From Rhodospirillaceae bacterium (GTDB lineage: Bacteria; Pseudomonadota; Alphaproteobacteria; Rhodospirillales; Rhodospirillaceae), in NCBI GenBank assembly GCA_041919675.1, contig JAYRTJ010000006.1, positions 1,622 to 65,621 on the forward strand: a stretch of 64,000 nucleotides of DNA. Direction: 5' to 3'. Below, piece by piece: positions 45,122 to 52,539 of the stretch (the first letter of the stretch is position 1; each line of letters opens with the position of its first letter). Position numbers and translations under genes: made by a program. The notes beneath the pieces were generated by a model, which saw only the letters and a program-made list of their open reading frames with translations, was not told where the DNA came from and made no database searches.

Positions 45122-45500
45122 CCGCTGGCGAAACGCCGCTCCGAAAGGGGCGGCGTTTTTGCATTCGATGCGATTCTTTATCCCGCGCGCGAGGCGCGCG
45201 GGTGGCCGCTGGCGAAACGCCGCTCCGAAAGGGGCGGCGTTTTTGCATTCGATGCGATTCTTTATCCCGCGCGCGAGGCGCGCGGGTGGCCGCTGGCGAA
45301 ACGCCGCTCCGAAAGGGGCGGCGTTTTTGCGTTCGCTGCGATTCTTTATCCCGCGCGCGAGGCGCGCGGGTGGCCGCTGGCGAAACGCCGATCCGAAAGG
45401 AGCGGCGTTTTTGCGTTCGCTGCGATTCTTTATCCCGCGCGCGAGGCGCGCGGGTGGCCGCTGGCGAAACGCCGCTCCGAAAGGGGCGGCGTTTTTGCGT
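45122..45500 (+). repeat. 84-bp tandem repeat, 4.5 copies, each with two hairpins
   Basis: Copies start at 45122, 45206, 45290, 45374 and 45458. Each unit holds a cccgcgcgc-gag-gcgcgcggg hairpin plus a terminator-type hairpin with a T-run. Confidence 0.95.
45131..45160 (+). terminator. Rho-independent terminator-type hairpin (first of five in phase)
   Basis: aaacgccgctcc-gaaa-ggggcggcgttttt: a 10-bp stem (one G-U pair), GAAA tetraloop and T5. Repeats at 45215, 45299, 45383 (two stem substitutions) and 45467. Confidence 0.8.
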
Positions 45501-45519
45501 TCATGCTATACACCGTTCC

Positions 45520-45972
45520 ATGACCTTCACACCCGCCGATCCGGATTACCGCGCGCGTTTCGCGCAGAGCTTCGCCCGCCAGACGGCGATGCAGACTCTC
45601 GGCATCACGGCCGCGGAGATCGCGCCCGGCAAGATCACGCTTGTCATGCCGTTCTCGGAGCGTCTCAGCCAGCAGCACGGCTTCATCCATGCGGGCGTGA
45701 TCACCACGGGCCTGGACAGCGCCTGCGGTTACGCGGCCATGTCGCTGATGCCGGCGGACGCGGCGGTGCTGAGCGTGGAGTTCAAAGTCAATCTGCTGGC
45801 CCCGGCGCACGGCGATTCGTTTGTGTTCAGAGGCGAGGTGCTTAAACCGGGGCGCACGATCACGGTTTGCGAAGGCAAGGCTTATGCAATTACAAACGGC
45901 CGGGAAAAGCTGATCGCCGCCATGACGGCCACGATGATGGCCATCGTGGGCCGCGAGAGCATACAGGGGTAA
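45520..45972 (+). CDS. PaaI-family hotdog-fold thioesterase
   Basis: MTFTPADPDYRARFAQSF...QQHGFIHAGVITTGLDSACGYAA...LSVEFKVNLLAPA. The track ORF 44983..45972 is an artefactual read-through of the repeat array. Confidence 0.85.
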   Translation: MTFTPADPDYRARFAQSFARQTAMQTLGITAAEIAPGKITLVMPFSERLSQQHGFIHAGVITTGLDSACGYAAMSLMPADAAVLSVEFKVNLLAPAHGDSFVFRGEVLKPGRTITVCEGKAYAITNGREKLIAAMTATMMAIVGRESIQG

Positions 45973-46036
45973 GCCCCAGCCTCACAAAAAAGCCGCCTCC
46001 TCTCGCCATGAGGACAGGGCTGGATAGGGACTGCGT

Positions 46037-46918
46037 CTACTTCTCGACCGCCAGATCGCGCTTCGACCAATCTTCGAACGAACCGTCGTAGAGCACGGCG
46101 TCGTACCCCAGCGTACGCGCGGCGAAGACGATGCCGGACGCCTGCTGGCCGATGTGGCAATAGACGATCAGCTTATCGCCTTTCTTGACGCCGGCTTTCT
46201 CGAAAGCGGCCTGAAGCGCGGCGGCGGACGAGATCTTCGACGTCTCGTCGGTGAGCGCGGTGATGGGCACGTTCTTCGCGCCGGCAATATGACCTGTCTT
46301 GTGCGGGGCTTCCTTCGAGCCGCCGGTTTGCGTGCCGTCGTAGAACGCCGGAATGCGCGCGTCGATGACGGCGTAACCCGGCGCCTTCACGTGATCCTGC
46401 ACAAACTTCGCATCGACGACGGCGTCCTTTTTCATCTTCAGCGGCGAGAGCGAGCCGATGTGATCGGCCGGCGTTTCGGCGGTCAGCGGGCGGCCTTCGC
46501 GCTCCCAAGCGGCCATGCCGCCGTCCAGCAACGATGTCTGCGCGCCGAGGCCGGCGGCGTCGAGGGTGAAGACGACGCGGGTGGCCTGCTGCGGCGCTTC
46601 GGCATAGTAGACGATGATTCGCGAGCGGTCGCCGATGCCGAAGCCGGCGAGCCGCAGGCGCAACGCCTGCTCGGACAGCATTTCGAGCGTGCCGGCGTCG
46701 GACGACATCGAGATGTCGGCGAGCCGCACCAGGCGCGCGCCCGGAATGTGCCGCGCGTAGCTGTCGGGCGAACCCACATGCAGGATGACGAGATTGGGGT
46801 TGTCCGCCTGTTCGGCGAGCCAGGCGGTGGAGACCAGCATGGCGTCACGCGGCGCCGGCGCCGCGGCGGCGGTGAGCACAAGGAGCGCAAGCGCGGCGAC
46901 GGCGGCGCGGAGTGTCAT
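46037..46918 (-). CDS. Exported two-domain rhodanese-type sulfurtransferase
   Basis: Signal MTLRAAVAALALLVLTAAAAPAP, tandem rhodanese domains and active-site loop VYCHIGQQASG. Confidence 0.85.
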   Translation of the reverse strand: MTLRAAVAALALLVLTAAAAPAPRDAMLVSTAWLAEQADNPNLVILHVGSPDSYARHIPGARLVRLADISMSSDAGTLEMLSEQALRLRLAGFGIGDRSRIIVYYAEAPQQATRVVFTLDAAGLGAQTSLLDGGMAAWEREGRPLTAETPADHIGSLSPLKMKKDAVVDAKFVQDHVKAPGYAVIDARIPAFYDGTQTGGSKEAPHKTGHIAGAKNVPITALTDETSKISSAAALQAAFEKAGVKKGDKLIVYCHIGQQASGIVFAARTLGYDAVLYDGSFEDWSKRDLAVEK

Positions 46919-47063
46919 AAGAGGTCCCTCCCCGGGAAAGATGTGGCGGCTACCCTAGCCCGGGATTTGTAACCGGGAAAGCGCGCGACATGCGCGACAA
47001 CGCGCCAAACCGGTAAAATGCGCGTGGCATCAATGATGTGCACGGCGATGTTGCGCGCGACAT

Positions 47064-48425
47064 TCACGCGACATCACGCGACATTGTGGCGGCGTCTTGT
47101 GATGAGGCGGCGGCGACCTCCCATTTCTTGGGGCCGTCGACGCCGGAACGCTTGGCGCGGACCGCCCCGTGGCGTTGAAGCTGGGCCATGAGAAGGCGCG
47201 CGGTTTGGGCATTGCGGACCGAGGGCGGGCCGGCGCGGTAGATATCGCGCAGCTCGACCACCTGCCCGGCGCGGGTGCGCTGGAGCCATGCGAGCAGGAG
47301 ATCGGCTTCTTCCAGTTCGCGTGTGACGGCCGTAAAGTCGGCAATATGCAGGGCTTCGGCCGCGTAGTAACGCGCGAGCGTCATGCCGGCGGTCATATGC
47401 GACGCACTCAGCTCGCTCAGGCCGGGATCTTCAAAAAACGCGGTCACAGCGGCGAGTCGCGCCGCATGTTCGGGCAAGCCGCCCGCGAGCGCACGCACGC
47501 TCGACAACCGCGCGCCATCGGCCATTTCAGCTTCGATCTCCCGCGCGAAGGCGAACCAAGCCTGAGCGGCGTCACGCGACAACGCCAGCACACGGCGGGT
47601 GTTCGGCTCCTCGCGCATGACATGTTCGACCAGACGCTGCGCATAAGCGGTGAGCGCGGGGTCAGGCGTTTCATGGCCTCCCTCGTCCGCCGCCCAAGTC
47701 CGCGCACCAATAAGCGAGGCGGGATAAACCGCGAGCAGACGCCCGAACAGATCATGGCGCGCGAGGCCGGGATCGGCCAGAAAAGCCCGCGCATCCCTGG
47801 GCGTCGCGACGACATGGGCGGAAAGACGGGCGTCTGCGTTCGCGCCATTCCACAAGGCGCACAAGCCGAGCGCATCCAGACGCTTGCGCTCCGGCCCATG
47901 ACCGACAAGCGCGGTGCAATCCTCCGCCACAAGCAAGGCGCGCGGCGACATATCCACCCAGGCGAAGCTTCTGGCCACGGCGCCTTCGCGCAGGAAGTGG
48001 GGTTTCAGCCGCGGCAGGCTGCGCCCCTCCTTCTCCATGGCCGCGCGGTAGAGATCGTAAACGGGGTCTGTGACCGTGCGCGCTTCGAGGGCGCGCAGCG
48101 GCGCCAACGAAAGAGCTGTGGCCGCGCCGGCATGCTCGCCGCTTTCGGCGATGGTGAGGAAGAACGCCGAGACCGGGCGGATTTCGCCGGTGGGCAGGCG
48201 GAGATCGATGTGGCGCTGCGCGATGAGCGCGGCGACGGAGAGGACCGCGTGGGCGGCGAGCGCGGACGGGGTTTGGGTGCGGACGGCGATGGCGGAGGCC
48301 GCGGCGGTGAGGGTGGGGCCGAGGGACACGAGCGGGAAGTCGCAAGCGAGGGAACGCGGATGGAACAGAGAGGCCGCCCGCGCTTGCGATGATGAAGGTT
48401 CAGCGATGGGTTCCAGTTGCGCCAT
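47064..48425 (-). CDS. DUF3987 (YfjI-like) protein, typical of integrative or phage-derived elements
   Basis: Layout and length match the YfjI/DUF3987 family (from memory). AT-rich divergent promoter region upstream. Start trimmed to ATG 48425 (MAQLEPIAEP...). Confidence 0.65.
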   Translation of the reverse strand: MAQLEPIAEPSSSQARAASLFHPRSLACDFPLVSLGPTLTAAASAIAVRTQTPSALAAHAVLSVAALIAQRHIDLRLPTGEIRPVSAFFLTIAESGEHAGAATALSLAPLRALEARTVTDPVYDLYRAAMEKEGRSLPRLKPHFLREGAVARSFAWVDMSPRALLVAEDCTALVGHGPERKRLDALGLCALWNGANADARLSAHVVATPRDARAFLADPGLARHDLFGRLLAVYPASLIGARTWAADEGGHETPDPALTAYAQRLVEHVMREEPNTRRVLALSRDAAQAWFAFAREIEAEMADGARLSSVRALAGGLPEHAARLAAVTAFFEDPGLSELSASHMTAGMTLARYYAAEALHIADFTAVTRELEEADLLLAWLQRTRAGQVVELRDIYRAGPPSVRNAQTARLLMAQLQRHGAVRAKRSGVDGPKKWEVAAASSQDAATMSRDVA

Positions 48426-48592
48426 GGGGTCACCTTGTAGTTGTTTCAGGGAAAAATAAACATACCAGGGACTTTTTGTCAATAAAATAGTGAGTCCACG
48501 GCTGGGCCCGGATTATAATGTTCTTGTTTTGTTCTAAATATCGGCATAAGTTCCTGTTCCCTCACAAAATGGGGCTGATGCAGGAGGCGAAG

Positions 48593-48859
48593 ATGGCGTC
48601 TTACGTTGGAAGCGCGGGAGACTGGGTCCGTCAGGTCGTGGAACGCTCGCAGGCGCAGCCGATGAGCACGGAGGAGGTCTGGAAAAGCCTCGAGCGCTAT
48701 GTGGGCGCCGGCGACAAGGCGCTGATCCGCCTTCAGGCCGTTTTGGAATATATCGACGCGGAGCTGGTGGACCGGCGCGGCGGCGTGGTGATGCGCGATC
48801 TGTGGAACACGGTGGCGGATTATCAGGAACGCGTGCAGGAAGCCGCCGCCGCGGCCTAA
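48593..48859 (+). CDS. Small hypothetical protein (88 aa), divergent from the DUF3987 gene
   Basis: GGAGG lies 5 nt before ATG 48593; TATAAT at 48514-48519. No family recognised. Confidence 0.45.
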   Translation: MASYVGSAGDWVRQVVERSQAQPMSTEEVWKSLERYVGAGDKALIRLQAVLEYIDAELVDRRGGVVMRDLWNTVADYQERVQEAAAAA

Positions 48860-48870
48860 GGGGACGGCGC

Positions 48871-49110
48871 ATAACGACTTCTAAAACAACAAACGACCCC
48901 TAAAACATCAAACGACCCCTAAAACATCAAACGACCCCTCCCTCGCCCTCCCCTTTCAGGGGAGGGAAAAATTAAACGGAGCCGCCCTCGCTTGATCCTT
49001 TTTTTCCCTCGCCCTCCCCTTTCAGGGGAGGGAAAAATTAAACGGGGCCGCTGTCGCTTGATCCTTTTTTTCTCTCCTCTTTCAGGGGAGGAGAAAAATT
49101 GAATGGAGCG
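48871..49110. repeat. Composite repeat: 19-bp tandem (about 3.5 copies), then 66-bp units (about 2.6 copies) of the same family as 31351-31477
   Basis: aaacgacccctaaaacatc appears twice exactly, with degenerate flanking copies. Then ccctcgccctcccctttcaggggagggaaaaattaaacggRgccgc..cgcttgatccttttttt starts at 48940 and 49006, with a degenerate copy at 49072. Confidence 0.85.
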
Positions 49111-49288
49111 CCGAAGTAGCGGACGGCAACCGGGGCGAAATCATGAAGCCGATGCACGCGCGCAACACGTTCAAAGGGGGCGCTTTTCCGGAACAATGAA
49201 ACGAGTCGGCTTATTTTACGTGTGCGTGCGACACGACGAGCCGCGGATCAAGCGGCCGCCATTTGGAAGAAACAGGAAAGGGTATGTC

Positions 49289-49855
49289 ATGCGTAACGCA
49301 GCTTTGATGACCGTCGGTCTCGTGACCGCGCTGGGCGCGGCGTTCGCCATGCCGGCGCTGTCGGACGGCCCGGCCAGCAGTTCGGCCTACAATCTGCATG
49401 ACGACGATCATGCCGAATATGTGCAACGACAGACCGATGCCTACGCCACGGCCCAAAATACAGTCATGACCGCCGCGGAGGAAAGCATCGACGTGCAGGC
49501 GCGCCGCCTGCCGAACGGCGCTCCGGTCGCGGTGCGCGGCATGGTCACCACGGTTTCCGGGAAATCGATGGTGATTGAACGCGCCGGCACGCGCATCCAC
49601 GCCCGCCTGCCGGGCCTGGTGAGCGACGAGATCCAGCGCGGTGACGATGTGACCGTCTTCGGCCGCGTCTCTACCCGCGGGGACGACCTCGCCGTGCGGT
49701 CGGAAGCCGTGCTGCTGATGACCGGCATGGACCGCGGCCACTTGTTCCTGTCGCCGTCCAAGCTGGACTCGGTGAACAAACTGAACGCCTCGGTCAGCCG
49801 CGGGCAGGCCCGCAACGCCCTTGATTACTATCGGTACAACTTCACGCCGCTCTAA
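49289..49855 (+). CDS. Exported hypothetical protein, possibly OB-fold (YgiW/BOF-like) core
   Basis: Signal MRNAALMTVGLVTALGAAFAMPALS after AGGAAAGGG. VAVRGMVTTVSGKSMVIERAGTRIHARLP...GDDVTVFGRV is OB-like (tentative). The track start 49103 lies inside the repeat element. Confidence 0.55.
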   Translation: MRNAALMTVGLVTALGAAFAMPALSDGPASSSAYNLHDDDHAEYVQRQTDAYATAQNTVMTAAEESIDVQARRLPNGAPVAVRGMVTTVSGKSMVIERAGTRIHARLPGLVSDEIQRGDDVTVFGRVSTRGDDLAVRSEAVLLMTGMDRGHLFLSPSKLDSVNKLNASVSRGQARNALDYYRYNFTPL

Positions 49856-49874
49856 GGAGGGTGAAGTTGACGAA

Positions 49875-49908
49875 GAACCGCCGCCCCGGGAACGGGCGGC
49901 GGTTTTTG
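49875..49908 (+). terminator. Rho-independent terminator between convergent genes
   Basis: ccgccgccc-cgggaac-gggcggcgg followed by ttttt (49902-49906). Confidence 0.75.
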
Positions 49909-49949
49909 TTGGCGTTCCCCGCGAAAAATACAGGAAATAAGTTTTCGCT

Positions 49950-50525
49950 CTACTTCTGCTTCTTCGCGGGGAGCGTGTAGGCGTAGATCACGGCGGTGCC
50001 GATCTTTTCGGTTTTCTCCGGCTCCCAGCCGGGCACCGCGAAATCGTGGCAAACGATGCGGGTGCCGGGCTTCAGGACGCCAAGGGTCGGCTCCAGCTTC
50101 TGCAGCATCTCGGGCAGCAGATAGATCGTCACGACGCTGGCTTCGGAGAAGTCGAAGCGGAAGACATCTTTTTCGACAAAGGACGTGCGGCCGGCGACGC
50201 CGGCGCTTTTCGCATTCGCGTTGGCTTCCTTGTTGCGCACCGGATCGATGTCCACGCCCACACCCTTGGCGGCGCCAAAATCGCGCACGGCCGAGATCAC
50301 AAGCCGGCCGTCCCCCGAACCCAGGTCGTAAACGATGTCGTTCGCGCCCACCTTCGCGGCCGTCAGCATCGCATCGACGATCGGCTGCGGCGTCGGCACG
50401 TAAGGGGCGTCGAGCGGAACCCCCGTATCCCCGACAAAGCGCGGGCTGCTCGCGGCCGAACCCGGCGCAGCGGTGAAAAGAAGACCGGCCGCAACGACGC
50501 CGGCGAGCACACGCGTGAAACTCAT
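49950..50525 (-). CDS. Class I SAM-dependent methyltransferase with N-terminal signal/anchor
   Basis: MSFTRVLAGVVAAGLLFTAAPGSAA, then IVYDLGSGDGRLVISAV...GVGVDIDP. Start trimmed to ATG 50525. Confidence 0.75.
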   Translation of the reverse strand: MSFTRVLAGVVAAGLLFTAAPGSAASSPRFVGDTGVPLDAPYVPTPQPIVDAMLTAAKVGANDIVYDLGSGDGRLVISAVRDFGAAKGVGVDIDPVRNKEANANAKSAGVAGRTSFVEKDVFRFDFSEASVVTIYLLPEMLQKLEPTLGVLKPGTRIVCHDFAVPGWEPEKTEKIGTAVIYAYTLPAKKQK

Positions 50526-50710
50526 CGTCAACAACTCCCACAGATTGGAGGCGAACTTTGACACGTCTTTCACGTTCAGTTCAAATTATACAGGCCTGTC
50601 AGAGACTTATCCGGGGATAAGTTCGCACGCACAAGCCTTTGGAATATTGGAACAAATTTTCTTTCGCTGCGTTTTCCGTCCGTTGCAAGGTGGGCGGGGA
50701 AAAGGGTGTC

Positions 50711-50974
50711 ATGTACGCGATCTATTTCAACGACAGCGCCGGTGGGCGCTCTTTTATTGCCGCGGTCGACGACAAGCACTCGGCCATGTCCATGGCTAAA
50801 CTGTTGTCGCGCCAGGATCCAAGAGACGTGGTGGTGGTCGAGAACCGCGTGATCGGGGATACCGTCTTGCTTGCTGTGTTCCGCCGCGGCGCACGTCAAG
50901 CCGATGAGCAGGACAGCGACCTCGCGCCCGAACGGACGCCTTCCGCGACGGACGCGTCCGGCGAGCATGCCTGA
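50711..50974 (+). CDS. Small hypothetical protein (87 aa)
   Basis: ATG 50711 follows GGGGAAAAGGG. MYAIYFNDSAGGRSFIAAVDDKHSAMSMAKLL...; no family recognised. Confidence 0.4.
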   Translation: MYAIYFNDSAGGRSFIAAVDDKHSAMSMAKLLSRQDPRDVVVVENRVIGDTVLLAVFRRGARQADEQDSDLAPERTPSATDASGEHA

Positions 50975-51052
50975 CCGGGCGCGGCTGCGATGCCCGGGGC
51001 GCGCTGAAACAGCGCAAAAATATCGGAATTAAGTTTCGCTCCAGTTCGTTCA

Positions 51053-51124
51053 TCGGAGCGGTGGGTCTGCGCTTTTTAGTCGGAGCGGTGGGTCCGCACT
51101 TTTTAGTCGGAGCGGTGGGTCCGC
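51053..51124. repeat. 27-bp tandem triplication spanning the dksA stop codon
   Basis: tcggagcggtgggtYgcRctttttag at 51053 and 51080; a third copy (51107) forms the last codons of dksA. Confidence 0.9.
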
Positions 51125-51522
51125 TCCATACGCTCGTGGCGTTCCTGGGCTTCGATGGACAGGGTCGCGATCGGGCGCGCTTCAAGGCGCTTCAGGCTGA
51201 TCGGGTCGCCGGTCTCTTCACAATATCCATACGTGCCTTCTTCGATGCGCTTCAGCGCCGCGTCGATCTTGGAGATGAGCTTGCGGGCGCGGTCGCGCGT
51301 GCGCAGCTCGAGAGAACGTTCCATCTCCGTCGAGGCGCGGTCGGCGAGATCGGGCTCCTGCGCGCCGCCTTCCTGCTGCAGCGTTTCGAGAGTCTCTTCA
51401 GACTCCTTCAGGAGCTCACCACGCCAGTTCAGAAGCTTGCGGCGGAAATATTCCTGCTGCTTCGCATTCATGAACGGTTCTTTTTCGGTGGGCCGATAGT
51501 CCGGCGGAACCGTGAGGGTCAT
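51103..51522 (-). CDS. dksA: RNA polymerase-binding transcription factor DksA (single-Cys type)
   Basis: FMNAKQQEYFRRKLLNWRGELL...DLADRASTEMERSLELRTRDRARKLISKIDAALKRIEEGTYGYCEETGDPISLKRLEARPIATLSIEAQERHE. Start ATG 51522 after GGAGA. Confidence 0.9.
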   Translation of the reverse strand: MTLTVPPDYRPTEKEPFMNAKQQEYFRRKLLNWRGELLKESEETLETLQQEGGAQEPDLADRASTEMERSLELRTRDRARKLISKIDAALKRIEEGTYGYCEETGDPISLKRLEARPIATLSIEAQERHERMERTHRSD

Positions 51523-51760
51523 CGGAAGAGATCTCCGTTGCGAATGGCGCGGGAATATATGGGGACGCCCCACCTGTCCGCAAGGTGGCGTATATCTATG
51601 ATTTAAAACGATTTTTAAGAAATAAAGTGGCTTGAGTTACACGGAGCGAGCGCGGAATAGGGGTCACACACCCCTTCGCGCACCCATCATGAGAATATCA
51701 AAGGTCTTCAGGCGAATGGGTCTCCGAGCTCAATTCCGCGGGCAACCTGGGCGCGCGCGT

Positions 51761-52216
51761 TCAGATCCGGCGGCTGAGCTTGGCGATTTCGACTTCGGCG
51801 CGGAGTTCGATTTCGTCGAGCAGGCGCGAAATCACCGCGTCGGCGCCGCGTTCGCGCTTTTCACGCACCATGCGGGCGAGATCGCCCAGACGATCCTTGG
51901 GCACCGTGCCCAAAAGCAGGCCGCGGCGGATTTCCTCGAGACGGTCGAGAAGCTCGGCCCCGCGCTGCGCGCGGCGCTTGCGTTCCTGATAGTCCGGCCC
52001 CGCGCCCTCGGCGCCCACGGATTGCGCGGCGAGGATGCCGCCGACGTTCACGACGCCCGACACGCCCTCGGCGCTGTCCGGGCCGGACGTCTCGTCCGCC
52101 CCGCCGAGCTTGTCGAGCTCGGCCGAGAACGCACCCGCCTTACCCGCCGGCCCCGCCTTGCGGGCCGCGCCGGGTCCCCGGACGGAGGTTGTGGATTTAG
52201 GACCTTCGACCTTCAC
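51761..52216 (-). CDS. fliX: Flagellar assembly regulator FliX
   Basis: (V)KVEGPKSTTSVRG...LLDRLEEIRRGLLLGTVPKDRLGDLARMV...LLDEIELRAEVEIAKL. Divergent from flgI, as in Caulobacter. GTG 52216 preferred; ATG 52264 possible. Confidence 0.75.
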   Translation of the reverse strand: MKVEGPKSTTSVRGPGAARKAGPAGKAGAFSAELDKLGGADETSGPDSAEGVSGVVNVGGILAAQSVGAEGAGPDYQERKRRAQRGAELLDRLEEIRRGLLLGTVPKDRLGDLARMVREKRERGADAVISRLLDEIELRAEVEIAKLSRRI

Positions 52217-52430
52217 AGAAGGCGGCCTTTCGTAACAGTCGCTAAGGCGTTGGGAGGCCTTCATTTTGGCCGCCCTGCCCTGGTCCCCTAATGTCGCCTA
52301 CGGGACCGTCTTATTCAACCGGGTAAGAATTGCCGGGCCAGATGGGCCGGAAGTGCCTCCAATCGCTCTCCCGCCCCGTTTACCCCTCATAAATCATCAT
52401 AAAATCAATAGCTTAGAAGAAAACAAAAGC

Positions 52431-52446
52431 TGGCACGCTTTTCGCA
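52431..52446 (+). promoter_or_regulatory. Sigma-54 (-24/-12) promoter for the flgI operon, with an IHF-consensus site at 52403-52415
   Basis: tggcacgcttttcgca versus TGGCAC-N5-TTGCA (one mismatch). aatcaatagctta fits WATCAANNNNTTR about 20 nt upstream of the -24 element. Confidence 0.6.
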
Positions 52447-52539
52447 TCCAAACCGTCGGGAAAGTACGTGTGCGCCCCGGACACTCACCGGACATTCACC
52501 GGACACTCATGGGACCGCACCGAAGAAGACGAGGATGAA

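Noticed and set aside
45122-45500. Possible CRISPR array (also considered for 48871..49110).
   Set aside because: The repeats are directly abutting tandem copies with no unique spacers. The periods are 84, 66 and 19 bp, and no cas genes are present in the window.
44894-45972. Three overlapping plus-strand ORFs (44894..45523, 44983..45972, 45159..45845) encoding 28-aa repeats.
   Set aside because: They arise because the 84-bp tandem unit is a multiple of three and lacks stops in all forward frames. The unit is built of terminator-type hairpins. Only the last 150 codons of 44983..45972 (from ATG 45520) match a protein family (PaaI thioesterase).
47064-49110. Intact prophage or integrative element.
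   Set aside because: Only a DUF3987-like gene and one small ORF are present. I see no integrase, excisionase, primase, capsid genes or flanking tRNA, so I treat it as a remnant.
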